Shown: positions 24,072 through 36,789 of the stretch, in pieces | Numbering within the stretch: position 1 is the first letter of the stretch | Layout: every line of letters begins with the position of its first letter | Assembly: GCA_052426225.1 (NCBI GenBank) | Contig: JBNJNM010000021.1 | Coordinates: 248,001-312,000 of the forward strand | Direction: 5' to 3' | DNA: 64,000 nt | DNA from: Zancudomyces culisetae HAW-14-8 | Taxonomy: Eukaryota; Fungi; Kickxellomycota | Program-made: the position numbers and the translations under genes | The notes under the pieces: model-generated | Databases searched by the model: none | What the model was told of the DNA's origin: nothing | Seen by the model: only the letters and a program-made list of their open reading frames with translations

Positions 24072-25430
24072 ATGGAACTACCATTTGATTTGAAGTTGAA
24101 AACTCAGGAATACATTGATATAACAGAGGTTAAAAACAAAAAATATGGAGGGAGGCCTATCCCTCAAGATGAAACCGAGACCTGGAGCGCGATTTTGGAT
24201 GAATATAATAGAAACAAGCAGGAAAAAGTCAAGTTGGACGATTTGCTAGAATATATTCGGATAAAAAACCAATTCTGCAAAGAGCCAGTAAATGGCAATG
24301 AAAATACAGCTAGCATTTCCAAAGAAAACCAGATTCCTCTCCAGTGTCCCTATTTCAAACCCGGAGCAATTGTTCCGAAAATCGATTTTGGCAAACTCTT
24401 GGCTTCGAAGCATGTACGAATAATCAATCTGGACAAAATACTGGAGAGCAAAGACGTACTTTCAAAGGCGGATATCCAGGAGCTTTCTAAGCAAATTTTA
24501 GATATAGAAAACTCAGAGTCCAGGATAAATTCTGTGGTATTATGCAGGCTTGATGAGCTTAAATATCTAGATGAAACGAAGACCAGTGACCTCGATGAAA
24601 CAAAGTGTAGTAGATATTTCCTACCTCCTCTAGCACGCAATGGTGACCAAAAAGAAGAGCTTGAGTTGTTTTATAAACTACAGGCACAGCTTTGTTCGTT
24701 GGGGGTAAAAGTACCAGTGGTTACAATTGTTACAGGGGAGCTTGCCTACAGCACCTTCCCGTTTATTTTTTCCGCGTCTTATGTTGTGTTGACGGAAAGG
24801 TTCAAACTAGATGTGTCACTGAGTCCTGGAACTACGGTGACCTCTTGCAAATCTCTGGATGTACAAAAAGCTGGGGATCGTGTTGTTTATCCATTCTCAG
24901 GACTATCTCTCTGGTCCAAAATTTGTCCTCGCAGAAAACTTGAGGGTTGTAAAAGGGGTGTGGCAAGGTTTATGTTGAACAGCCCGAATTTGGTTTTACG
25001 ATCACCAGAGTTTATAGATGTTGGACTTGCAGTTGGGTTGGTATCATCAGGTAAAGCTGGGCAATTACTGGAATCTGTTATAGGTGCGGCTGGTTGCCCT
25101 CCCCCACATACAAAAATGGCCATCCAAAGCGTTTCTGTGGAAAAGTTTGAATACCCAGGCCCTTCCAAGATTTCAACATGGGAAAACGAGATTTCCGGAT
25201 ATTTTGCTATAGACAACCAAATAGATGAGCTAGTGGAGACACTGGGCTCCTTAAATAAAAGTTGGTCGGAAAAATATCTTTTGGGAATTCTTTCTTCTGA
25301 TAAGCTCTTTGCGGAGAAAATCGATAGGCTACTGGCACAGATGAATGAACTAAGTTATGGGGAGTGCATGGATCTAGAATTGAGCCATGCTCTCGGGTTC
25401 TGGGAGGAGTATGCGAACCCTGGGTGTTAG
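24072..25430 (+). CDS. Divergent crotonase-fold protein, 3-hydroxyisobutyryl-CoA hydrolase (HIBCH/Ehd3)-like
   Basis: FYKLQAQL...KVPVVTIVTG...SASYVVLTE...YPFSG...LRSPEFIDVGLAVGLVSS...EISGYFA...ELVETL...W...L...LSYGECMDLE follows the ECH_2 layout. Confidence 0.55.
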   Translation: MELPFDLKLKTQEYIDITEVKNKKYGGRPIPQDETETWSAILDEYNRNKQEKVKLDDLLEYIRIKNQFCKEPVNGNENTASISKENQIPLQCPYFKPGAIVPKIDFGKLLASKHVRIINLDKILESKDVLSKADIQELSKQILDIENSESRINSVVLCRLDELKYLDETKTSDLDETKCSRYFLPPLARNGDQKEELELFYKLQAQLCSLGVKVPVVTIVTGELAYSTFPFIFSASYVVLTERFKLDVSLSPGTTVTSCKSLDVQKAGDRVVYPFSGLSLWSKICPRRKLEGCKRGVARFMLNSPNLVLRSPEFIDVGLAVGLVSSGKAGQLLESVIGAAGCPPPHTKMAIQSVSVEKFEYPGPSKISTWENEISGYFAIDNQIDELVETLGSLNKSWSEKYLLGILSSDKLFAEKIDRLLAQMNELSYGECMDLELSHALGFWEEYANPGC

Positions 25431-25832
25431 CCAAACCGGACTGGGGTGTTATCTCATTTCGTCTATTTCGTCTTTTCATATTGACAAAATGTGAGTATCA
25501 AAGATGCAGTTTATAGAAAGAGCTACTTCACCAATCTACACGACATGATTTTTTCAATAAACAAGATAGATTTATGTGGACCTTGTAGTATGCATTTAGT
25601 ATTGAAAACTCACCACGTCACAATGTTAAACACAATAAAGTAATAAAGTATAATAGTAATAACAGATATAGCAATAATAAAAGTAATAGCATTAGCAAAT
25701 ATGGGTTTCTTTATGGTGAAAAGCTCTATTAGGCCAAAAGCATTTCATTCAACTGCACAAACATGTAATTTACCAGAATATGGAGAGCATGTAATGGTAT
25801 AAGTATGAGAATAAACCAGATCGAGGTGCCGC

Positions 25833-26766
25833 TTATACTATGCCTTTTTCACGATTCAGGATAGTGTTTTTGGCCTTATCGGTCTGGTCCATCCACTCTT
25901 GAAGTTGATTTACTACCTTTTTCCTCTGAGCGCGTATGCTTTCAACTCCTGGTGGGCACTCAATGCTATCGACCTTCAGCAGTTTTTGCATTAACAGTTC
26001 ATTGATTATCATATAGCTATCAAACAACACTTTGCGCTCTGCGTCCTTTATTGTTTCCAGATATTCCATCATTTCTCCATTATTTTTGCCGTAAAATTGG
26101 TCGATATATATTTGGACATTTAGTATAAAATCCCTAATTCTTTGGAGTACTAAATCTCCCGCCTCATGAAGCAGCTCGTCCAATTTTTCGATAATTGCCT
26201 GTTGTTCTAACTCCTCTTTCGACATACCGGTGTCCGCTCCCTAATAAATAAACGACGCGTTAATAAACCTCTTCAGTTTGCAATTTTCGCTTTTTTAAAA
26301 GCGTTTAAAATATATACAATGGGTTAAAGATGATCTATATTGCTAACATGCAGATCGCAGCTAGCTCTTCGATTCTTACTTCGATTTTGCTTCCCATGAG
26401 GCGGATTATACACCCTGGATATATTCCATAGAAGGCTAACATTGCGTGCTCATCTTTTAGTATTGCTATTTGTGGTATTATCACATCCTTGCTATTAAAT
26501 TTCAAATTTGAAATATCACCATTCCTTCCTGCTGTTCGAGCTACTGGATTCTTTTACTAATTTCCGGTGTTACTAAAATAAATCTCTGCTTTGTGTAAAT
26601 ACTTACCTCCACTAAAAATAATCTTCATTCCGTTTAACGGTATCCCCGTATTTTCGCGACATATTTCCTTAAAATCGAGCAGCGAGATTTTCCTCAAATC
26701 CTTTTCGTTCCAGTGAAAGTAATACCTTTCTTTTCCATGTGCAACTATTACAGGTGGCGCAGACAT
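25833..26766 (-). CDS. BAG-family Hsp70 co-chaperone (Ubl + BAG domain), 3 exons
   Basis: MSAPPVIVAHGKERY...CRENTGIPLNGMKIIFSG|AILKDEHAMLAFYGIYPGCIIRLMGS (Ubl), then ELLMQKLLKVDSIE...IRAQRKKVVNQLQ (BAG). Confidence 0.85.
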
Positions 26767-29123
26767 ATTTCTTTGTACGCTCTTTGGGATAAATAATCTA
26801 ATTTGATTTCTAGCTAGTTTTTCTTTTGGCGGGCCTCGGAATGGGTTCAATCGTTTTAGTAAAAGTCCTATTAGGACTATATCTGCTACTAGAGTTAGAA
26901 GAATTTTGAAAAAACTTCCTAGTGTATCTTTCTTCGTTCTTGCTAGAGCGAAAAAAAATATATAAAAAATAAAGTTGTAGTTGTAGAAAATGGAAAGTTG
27001 TTGAGTAGGGTTTTTTTTCCCCTAAATTTATTTTCTGTGACCTGGCAATTACTTGATTGTTTTTCCTCTACTTTTAGTAGTAAAACTTTGTCCAACTAAT
27101 TTACTTTGGCTGTTAAATTATAAGCATCTTGGATAAAATGAACAGATTTAAAACCTTAAAATGACTAATGGCTCAAAAATCATGTCAGAACTATTTTTTT
27201 ACCCAAAAACTTTAGTGGTTAGGTTTACCCAACTTTGTGTTTTTAGCGACTAAAATGCGAAAAATATGAGGTTTCACTATCGCTTGCACTCTATAACCAC
27301 TCCCGTTACTATACTGATGGTAGAATATAATACATAGGTGTATAGACCTTTTTTCTGGCTCTGCGCTATTTGCCCTGCTTTCTTGGCTTCTGTGAATAAC
27401 CTGTATACACAATCTTCCCCCTTGTTAAGAGGTTTGGGTATTTCGAATGAGATAAAATATCATCAATTGAAAAATCTTTTTTATAACTTGCGCTTTAACC
27501 AGCTTGAATGTTGATCGATGAATCTAGTAGAACACCTACTCAAAAGGTGATATAGTAGCTTGTCAATGAAAAGCGAGGGTAAGTAAAGGACAAGTGCATT
27601 GTTTTTTTCAACCCAATTCTTTGGTTTCTGGTATTTCATGAAATATCTGAAATAAACGGTGCTGTTGTTATTCTTTTTTCGTTTCAGGAACTAGACCATT
27701 CTTCATAAAAAAGTACCCAACAAAGGCGAGATCACCCAAACTAATATTCTGACCTCCGCTTCATCTCCACTTCATCTCCACTTCTATCTCCATTTCCACA
27801 CAAAAATATGTTTTTAACTCTTGAATCCAGGAACCGACCATTTCGTTTCTCCGGGTTCTGGATTTTAAATAATAATAATAATAATAATAATAAGCTTATA
27901 TTTTTTTAAAAAAAAGGCGTCCAAATACCAGTACAGGGCAACAGCTTTTTCGAGCCTTTTTCTCTCCAGAAAAACCAAAATAATCCTAAATATGAGGGGG
28001 GGCAAATAAACCGAGGTGTTCTAGTTATAAACAAAATAGCAGGCTGGTCAAGATGCGCTCTCTGCATCCCGAACAAAGGGTAGACTCCATCTGCTCTTTA
28101 GGATGAAATAGAACAGGAGGAGGGGAAATGATGCGAGAAATAAATCGTTGGCTGTTGTGTAAGCTGTGTGTATATTTGGCAGCCTAATGAGAAGCAAGCA
28201 AAGCGATCTACAAATCCAGCTACGTTTGTGTTTTCCCACATGAACTACCAAGTAACACCTTTAGCATTGAAAGAATAGGTAGCAATGGTTACCCTCACCT
28301 CGACTGTTTTTTTTTATGTAAACAAAAAGTTCATGTAGTTTGCTTTTAGCCATCCAAACAAAATAACGGATTATTTAAAGGGAGAGTATGGCTAAATTTA
28401 CTATTAAAAAAATCTGGCTCAACATTAAATAAACATTGAAGCTATGCATGTAAACATTAACATTAAAGATATTAACATTAAAAACATCAACTAAACAAAC
28501 ATTAACCAAAAGGTTGCAGCAACAACAAATACGAATGCTACTCGGTAGCTAACCACATACAAGTTAAGCTTAACACCAGTCATAAAGCAACTAGATATAT
28601 CAAACACAAGCCTAAGGAATATATACAGGTAAGGATATTACATATCTAGCTATCAGATAATAATAATTTATGTGATACTAACCGCTTAAAATTGTATCTC
28701 AATCCCGTTTTTGTTTTTGGGCAAGGTTTGTGAAAAAACAATTCGATAATACATAATTTAGTCCGAATAGTATATTAAACCATACTAAACTGTATAAAGG
28801 GTATCGAAACACGTACTAAGCATTTCTGCTTATTAGACATACATGTCTATTTGTACGCACATAATCATTTTTTTGTAAACCCTTGGGGAGCATATTTAGA
28901 TATTAAGCTAAAAAAAAACCCCCCAAGAGAATATATTTTCCACCTTCCTAAATACTTGGTGGCATGTATTCAAGCCAACTAGATATCCACTATAGCGTAA
29001 AAGCTTGTTAACGTGACAACTGAAAATTCACATATCTGTTGCGCAGCTCTAAAGTTAATAAATACATACTAAAAAAATATAGGCTAAAAGCACATACCAT
29101 AGGCAGTAAATTAAGGGGGAAAA

Positions 29124-32100
29124 ATGGAATTAACGGACACCAAAAGCAAACCAGTGATAAGGGATGTTGTAACACTGGATGGACTTTTGAAGTATACAGC
29201 AGTTGAAAATGTCGATACACAAGCTATTCGCAGTTCGGGGACCAGCCTTGTGGTTGGTATGGGTAATAGTGGAGGCGAATCTAACAGGGAAATTGGGCTA
29301 TCTGACCTTGACCCTTACTCATGGAAATCGTACTCAGCAAAGAAAGGAGGTCCAAACGGATCGGACTCACATTCTATGTTAAAGGATTCAAAATCGCCTG
29401 CTTGTGAAAAGACAATGGCTAGTCATGTAGATATGCATACTGAAAAAACATTTTATTGCAATTCTGAGGTACAAAAAAACCCACATGTAAACTACGTTAA
29501 CAACGCACAAAAGAGTATGCACAGTCCAGCTGAACGCCGTGAACGAGGTCAAATATACCTGACTGAAACAGAGTACAGGATAGTTAAGGAGCCCTCATTT
29601 GGAATAAAAAAAATAAAAGAAATGACACCCGGCTGGTTGTGGAATGGAGAAGGAAAAAACGAGGATAAAGCGGCTGAAAGGCAGCTAAACGGGTATATTC
29701 GGCCTGACCAAGCACTGTGTAATGACACACCTGAATCTGTTTGCAGCCTAGGTTTTAGAGACAATATAGTCGATGATAGGCAGGAGATATTGAATCACAA
29801 TGATGATTATACACAGAAACTGTATGGCGGTATCTCATCCGATACAAACCACAACCATGTAAAAACTAGTTCATTTGATAGTTGTGGGTATAAAAACCAG
29901 CATAACACTGCACACAAAACTAGCGATGCTAGACCTTCAGTATTTTTGCAAAATCTAGTAGATCCAATAATAAAGACTATAAAAGGTGATCAGCCAGGAA
30001 GACACGTTTTGAATGAAACAGAATTCAATGGCTATGATAGTGAAGCCGGCGATACCATCAACAATCATAATGGATGCGGATATGATCAAGATGATGAAAT
30101 TAGAACTGATAGAAGAAACAAAACATCTAACCGCAAACATTTCAGCAATAACAGAAATAGCAAAACCCATGTTGTCAAGCAAATAGGTGGGAAAAAAATG
30201 GAGGGGTTTGGTAGCGAGGATTTTAAAACACGTAGTGAGAATGCTTCTATAAAACTGACAGACAAAAAGGGGTCCGAAAGCTTCATTAGAAGTAAAAACA
30301 TATCGTCTATAAAAAAGACTCATAGCGCAGGTGATTGTGATCGTTCAAATGACACAGCACTCGGTTGGTTAAAAAATATTAGCGAAAAAAGCAGCCAAGG
30401 CATGCGGGATATGTTTAAAAACAGGGAGTATGACGAATGGAATGCAGTGATGAATCGAGCAAACTTGGCAAAGGATGGTAACGGAATAATAAAAAGCAGA
30501 AAGGTTTATAATCAAAACGATTATGACAACATTCATAGTGATAGTGACAGCTGTTTTAATGAGGATACTGGCTCAAATAGAAAAGAGGCAAGATATTTAG
30601 ATTTGGAATACTTACATGGAATTTTTGGTGATTACAGCATCCACTCGCGGATAAACAATGCCACTTCTAATATAAACAAAGCGGTAGATCATATTGTAAA
30701 AGGAGCTGCCAATGGCACCGATACACTTCGAAAAGAGATTGGAAAAAAGCTAAAAGAAACAAAAAGTATGGAATCAACTTCAAAACGGTATAGCGATAGT
30801 TACAATGCGTTTTTAAATAGCAGGATCGGCTTGGTACAAAGCAGAATAAATATCCAGAATAGTTACAACGGGGAAGGCGGAATAGGTAGTAACAATATTG
30901 GCAGTGCACACGTGGACGGTGGACCGTATCGTTATAATGAGAATAGGAGGGAGTATGAATCTGCAATTTCTGAACCACATGGAGAGTATAATAACCATCA
31001 CAACAACAGACCCTATAGTAGTTGTAATGCCAGCAATGTTAATAACAATAATGGTCGTAATAATGAAAACTCCATGACTGGTCCTGGGTCAAAGGGTGTG
31101 AACATGCAGGATTTAAAACAGGGTATAAACCAAACCAAAAATATACTCTCTTGGATTTCCAAAAAAGCAACAAAAACAGCAGAAACAATAGATGTGCAAA
31201 ACCTCTCTAAAAAAATAAACATTAATATCAAAGATACACAGAAAAGAGCCTCTGACACAAGAATAGTACAGGGATTCAATGAATTTCCAAAAGAACTGGC
31301 GGAAAAAGTTGGGTTATCTTATGATAAAACCAACAAAGGATCAGATTTTGAGAAAAACAACAATGCCAAAAACCGTGAGGCAAGCTACAGGAATTTCAAG
31401 TATCGTGAAAACCAATACAGCCACGATAACAACGAGAGCTTGAATTACTACACCCACATGAGTAAATCCAAAGACAATAGTGAGGAGCATAGCCTGAAAA
31501 GCTACAACTCGGCAGCGGAAAGCCAGGAAAACCAGGAAAACACGCTGAGTGATGATAATACTGACCACGTAGTAGATAACGGATGGATCAGCAATGCAAT
31601 TAACGAACCCAATGTCTGGACAGAGCTTGAAGACCACGACCAAACCCAAGACCATTTTCAAAGTACAAGCTTCCAGAGTACAAGTCAAGCTCAGAGTAAT
31701 GATTGCTTTATCACTCTTGAAAGTAATGGTGTATACAGTGAGAATCGGGGTAACCAAGACCCTGTAGTTGACGAGATGCGAAAAATTGATTTTGCTAATA
31801 TGGACAAGCAGGATCAACGCAAGGACAGCACTTCCACTTTTGCTGGTACTGACAATCTCGAAAAACTATCAAATGTGCATCAACTAGAAATACAGCAAGA
31901 CAGCAATCAAACACAGCACGAAGCTATACTGATGACCAAAGGAGACTGTAGTGGCGACAATATACAAACAAGCGCCAGCGGTGCTAATGGCGAGGATAAA
32001 GAGGGCAGCAATGAAAGTAGTGTTGGTGGCATTTCTTTTGATGGTGCTAGTGATGTCTGTGAGGTGCCTAACTCAGGAGCAGGGGAAGGAGCTGCTCACA

Positions 32101-32240
32101 GCGATTTACAAAGCGAGGACCCCAGTGTTACCATTCACACCGAGAATTCCAATGTCGAGCATGCCAACAGCAATGGCGCTCTGAAAGGCGTAGCCGAAGT
32201 CGAAGTGTTTGAAGATATTGAGGCTAACCCGTGGGGGTAA
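29124..32240 (+). CDS. Hypothetical N/S/D-rich disordered protein ending in NPWG
   Basis: 1038-aa uninterrupted ORF; no recognised domain. Confidence 0.75.
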   Translation: MELTDTKSKPVIRDVVTLDGLLKYTAVENVDTQAIRSSGTSLVVGMGNSGGESNREIGLSDLDPYSWKSYSAKKGGPNGSDSHSMLKDSKSPACEKTMASHVDMHTEKTFYCNSEVQKNPHVNYVNNAQKSMHSPAERRERGQIYLTETEYRIVKEPSFGIKKIKEMTPGWLWNGEGKNEDKAAERQLNGYIRPDQALCNDTPESVCSLGFRDNIVDDRQEILNHNDDYTQKLYGGISSDTNHNHVKTSSFDSCGYKNQHNTAHKTSDARPSVFLQNLVDPIIKTIKGDQPGRHVLNETEFNGYDSEAGDTINNHNGCGYDQDDEIRTDRRNKTSNRKHFSNNRNSKTHVVKQIGGKKMEGFGSEDFKTRSENASIKLTDKKGSESFIRSKNISSIKKTHSAGDCDRSNDTALGWLKNISEKSSQGMRDMFKNREYDEWNAVMNRANLAKDGNGIIKSRKVYNQNDYDNIHSDSDSCFNEDTGSNRKEARYLDLEYLHGIFGDYSIHSRINNATSNINKAVDHIVKGAANGTDTLRKEIGKKLKETKSMESTSKRYSDSYNAFLNSRIGLVQSRINIQNSYNGEGGIGSNNIGSAHVDGGPYRYNENRREYESAISEPHGEYNNHHNNRPYSSCNASNVNNNNGRNNENSMTGPGSKGVNMQDLKQGINQTKNILSWISKKATKTAETIDVQNLSKKININIKDTQKRASDTRIVQGFNEFPKELAEKVGLSYDKTNKGSDFEKNNNAKNREASYRNFKYRENQYSHDNNESLNYYTHMSKSKDNSEEHSLKSYNSAAESQENQENTLSDDNTDHVVDNGWISNAINEPNVWTELEDHDQTQDHFQSTSFQSTSQAQSNDCFITLESNGVYSENRGNQDPVVDEMRKIDFANMDKQDQRKDSTSTFAGTDNLEKLSNVHQLEIQQDSNQTQHEAILMTKGDCSGDNIQTSASGANGEDKEGSNESSVGGISFDGASDVCEVPNSGAGEGAAHSDLQSEDPSVTIHTENSNVEHANSNGALKGVAEVEVFEDIEANPWG

Positions 32241-32568
32241 ACCCCTGAATACCATTTTCACCAAAGGATTTAAGATTTATTTTTTTTTACTTTACTATGT
32301 TCATTTCGCTCATTAAATATGTTTTTAATCTTTAAACGATTCGTAGTTAAATACCATCGGTTTAGTTATTAAAAACTGATGGGTATTCTGATTATTAATA
32401 AATAAACTAAACTAACTATTGGAGTTAATAGACAAAACACTATCGACTAGTAAAACCTCCAAGGCTGAACTGAGCCGTATTAAATGTAAAAATCAGCAGA
32501 GTATAAAAAAGATAAACTCAACTATAAATAAAACAGGAGGACTTGGTACCGCAACCCAAACACAGAAA

Positions 32569-35236
32569 CTACAGTTCGGTCTGTCTGTACACTTTTACAG
32601 AGCCATCTATAATAGATATACATGTAGGTATAAATAAAAATCAATACCAAGAGGTTGGTGGTGATATTGTATACTTTCTTAGGTGGTGCGTGAGACTTAC
32701 CATCACCAGATGTAAATAACATTTTTTTAAATGGGTGAAACTTGATATCACGGACCTCAACAGCTAAATACAGAGAAGATAAGAAAAAAAGGGAATGGTG
32801 TTAAAAGTATGGGTAAAAAGGTACAAATTTGGTAAATCTTTGAGTAATATTTGAAAACTTACCTTGATGGTCTCGTAGTATTCCAACTAATTTCCCGGTT
32901 TGAATATGGAAAATAAACACCTGGCCATTGTAGGTAGGTGCTAAAATATATCTGCCGTTTGAAGAAATACGGATCAACCAACTGTTGGATAAGTAATCCT
33001 CGTGGTGGAAACGTTTAACTTCAACAAGTTGGAACTTTCCGTTGTCGTGTTTTGGGTATATCAGCTTGTGCAAAGTCACCGAATTGGGAATCGTAGCTAT
33101 TTTTTTTAAAACAGTGTAACAGACTGAGTTAGAAAAAGGCGAGTAGCAAAAAAATGGATTAAGAGGTGGTAATAATATGCCTCAGTACATATACAACCAA
33201 CTTGGTTTAAGAGTAATAGTATAAAAGAGGGTGAATAGACTTGAAACTTACAGGTAGAATTCTTTTCATCGTCAACTAGCTCCACACCTCTAGTAAATAA
33301 ATAAGCGGCATTTTGATTCTCGCTCTGTCCTTCATCTCCATCTCCATCTCCATCAACATCAAATTTAAAATAAGGCAGACTCACAAACTTTGCACAATCA
33401 CAATACGAGGAGTAAGATTGTTCAAAGATTTGAATGACACTACAGGTTTCCATATCAAACAGCTTGACTCGTTCGTCACAGGCCGCCATAAATAATCTAT
33501 TTGCGGTATTGGGTAAAAAGGAGACACCAAAGACCATACATGATTCGCCGTCGACAAAGGATTCGCTTTCAGCCAACATAGTAACATAGTCCGGGTTCAT
33601 GGGCCAGCGCCGGATAAAACCGTCTTGGCTGGTAGAGATCCAGTAATGTTTGTTTTTATATACAGTGCGTTTGATACATAGAATTTCTTCAAAGTGACCG
33701 TCGAGCTTTGCAACGCATTTTGCGGACACAGTATCAAATATTTTGATTGGACATGGTAAAATATGGTTGTCATCATCGGCTTCGGACCATCGGTGGCGAT
33801 CCTTTAGCTTGCCTCCAACAAGCAGGTGAGAACTGTCTTCGGTGAACTGGCCAACATAGAATTCATCAATGTTGGGTTCTTGATCATCACGAAGCTTTTG
33901 TAAACATTCAAATGTCTCTACACACCAGACTCGGGCTGCGCCAGAACTACTAAATGTGGCAAGCATCGTTCCACAATCTGACAGAGTAATTCCAGAAATT
34001 GGTCCCTGATCCGTTATGCTGCAGTCTACGAGTTGAAGAGGATGGCTTGAGTCGATAAATTCTATGGGACCACTATTGTCGTTCGCGTCTTGTGGTTGAC
34101 CGTCCACGTCACCGCTAATACTACATGTTGGTCTCCCATACTTGTCAGGATACTCTTCTACAAGTCTTGCCATTTCCTTAAGATCGTACCTCCATTCACT
34201 ACTGTCCTTGTCGGCCTTGTTTGATTCGGAAGCACCATTTTCCTTCTCCTTCTGTTTTTTTACTCCATTCTCCTGTGTCGCTGCAGTCTTTTTGCTTGCT
34301 CGTGGCTTAACCTTTGCAAGTAAATCTGTAATTTTTTCTATTAAATATATCAGTTTTTTTTAATAAAAAAAAAGGACATCCTCCCCCCCAAAAAAAAAAA
34401 CATAAACAATCTAGATACTTACGTGCAGAGGACTTGGATTTCGACTCTTTTGTGGATTTTTTGGTCTCTGTGCCTGCATCCTTTTCTTCCCCATTTGTGT
34501 TTGCTTTCTCTAATTTCTTGGTGGCCTTGGTAGCATCACTGTCATTGTCGTTAATGCTAGCTCTTACCTTTGAACCGGAATCTGGGTTTTTAGCTAAAGT
34601 TGATGTCTTGGGCTTATTTATCTTCTTTGTGACTCCAGTGGCACCAGTGACTCCATTGGCTTTGTTCGTCCTGGAAGTACCAGTGCTACTGGCACCGTCA
34701 CCATCATTACCACTGCTATCGTTATTTTTTCCCTTTTTTAGAGAAGATATTTCTTCAAACTCATAGATTTTTTTGGGTTTACGGACTCTTCCAGTTCTTC
34801 TGCCCTGTGCAAGTGCAATTAATTCAGGATCAAGAGACGCGTATCCCTCTTCCAAACCCTCATCGTCTTTTTTTTCATTATTATCGCTATCACTGTTCTC
34901 CTCTTTCTCCTCGTCTGCCTCTACTTGTTTCTGACTTTTTTGTGGCTTTCCACTTGCCTTCCCGTGCGTTGACTTTTTCTTTGTTGACCCTACAAGCATT
35001 TTGTTTCTCTTGATAAAGGGCTCAAAGTCGCTATCTTCTTCTTCTTCTGAAAACTCCGAATCGTCGTCGTCTCTTGCAGTTCGCCCATTTCCTCTACTCT
35101 TGCTCTTGCTTTGGTCCTGGCTCTTTTTTTGCTGTTGTAGCGATTCTTCAATCGCATCTTCCATTTCTATGTCAGAATCATCAGCATTGCCATAATAGAC
35201 ACTAGCTGCTGCCGTTCTTCGCTTTGCTTCCGCCAT
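32569..35236 (-). CDS. WD40-repeat protein with acidic/basic disordered N-terminus, 5 exons
   Basis: The 309-aa, 355-aa and 92-aa ORFs join via GTAAGT introns; last exons read AVEVRDIKFHPFKKMLFTSGD|GSVKVYRQTEL*; WD repeats LATFSSSGAARVW and GHFEEILCI...STSQDGFIRRW. Confidence 0.8.
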
Positions 35237-36789
35237 TTTATTCGTATTTTATATTATTCCTGAGTAACTTTAAACTTTGCAACGTGCTGGAAAGTTCAAG
35301 GCAGATTTTCGCCACCGAGTGTTCTTGTGTTGTTTTATACCTCTTTGTACTTAAATGTAGCTCTTTCACAAAAGTTCTCACAAATATAACGGAATTATTA
35401 CTGTATAGGGGTTTTCTACTTGTGACAATGATGCTAGTCGCTTCAGTATTGTGTAGAATTTTGGTAATATTTCCCAGATATTTCGCTCTTTTCCTATAAA
35501 TTGTGTGATGCTATAGTCCAGTCGAAACCTTTTGGGATACAATTGTATTAATTATTTGTTTATTTCTGGTAATAATTTTGCTTTATAATGCTGCTTTAGC
35601 TACTTCCTATCTCAGCTCTTTATTATTCTAGCAATTTTTCAAAACAAAAAAAAAAATTGCCTGCCAGCTTCAACCAAAAAAGTGTAAACAACATCAAACC
35701 CCAAACTAGACATTATAATTTATTCAAGTCTTTTCTCAATCCTTTTATGCTGAAGATATCTAATTTTTATTAAATAAATAAATAAATAAATGGAGCAAAG
35801 GGAATGAATTATCCTACCTTTATCTGACCTTTTGTTTCATGTACCCTTTATCGCCACTATTATACTCTTATTTCCATAAATCTCGACTCGATTAATCAAC
35901 TCTATGAGCAAAGACTAGAAAATGGTTGAGCTGTGTTGTACTATAGAAATATTGAGGTTTGCCAAAACTGAATTAAACTATAATATAAAACGACTTTTTA
36001 AAGTTGCTACTTCAATCCAAAGTATCTTATTCAATTTCACAAACCAAGAAATCTAATGGAGAGGTTTAATAACTTGCGTAAGAAATTATGTTTTAATTTT
36101 GATATTAATTGCAAACACAAATATCTACTGCGTTCGTTTTATTACTTTGTTGTTGTTGCTTTTAGATTTTACAGGTGGGTCAAGTTTCGTGTATTTAAAA
36201 TATACCTCATTTATCTACTTTATACCCATCTTGCAGAAAAAATAAAAAGAAATTAGATATTTTGAGCAATAAATGCATTTAATTGCTGGCTATTTGTACA
36301 GATGCGTATTTATTGTTATTTACAAGAAATTAAAAAGTATTTTTTTGTGATCATCTGCAAAACCATTGGAGGATTTTATTTACCTCAATTCAATTTTATA
36401 TTTACGTTTAATTTCAAATTTTTCTAGTTTTTCCAGTTTTTTCAATTTTTCCAGTCTTTTACAGCCACTTTAGAAATCTTTTTTTTTTTTTTTGCATTTT
36501 CAGTAACGTAAGCTGAACAAAACAAGCCTTAAATTTCATTAAAAAGTTAGAAAAATGAAAATCAATGATCTGAAAAATGGAAAAAAAAAAAGTAATTTTA
36601 GATTATTAAACTGCGTGAATTTTTGTAAGGTGTTTCGGCAAATAAATCACTTTTACAACCAACTCGCAAAAAAAAAAAAGAATAATAATAGTAAAAAGGT
36701 TTTTGACTTCTTGTACAAAACTAATTCCACAGCTTACTAGGCCGTTTTTCATGCCCATGTTTGTAGAGAATCAAGTCGACTCTTTAAAA

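Noticed and set aside
25419-25430. C-terminal GC-stop as a selenoprotein-like motif
   Set aside because: The stop is TAG, not TGA; no convincing in-frame UGA, SECIS or tRNA-Sec was seen in the window
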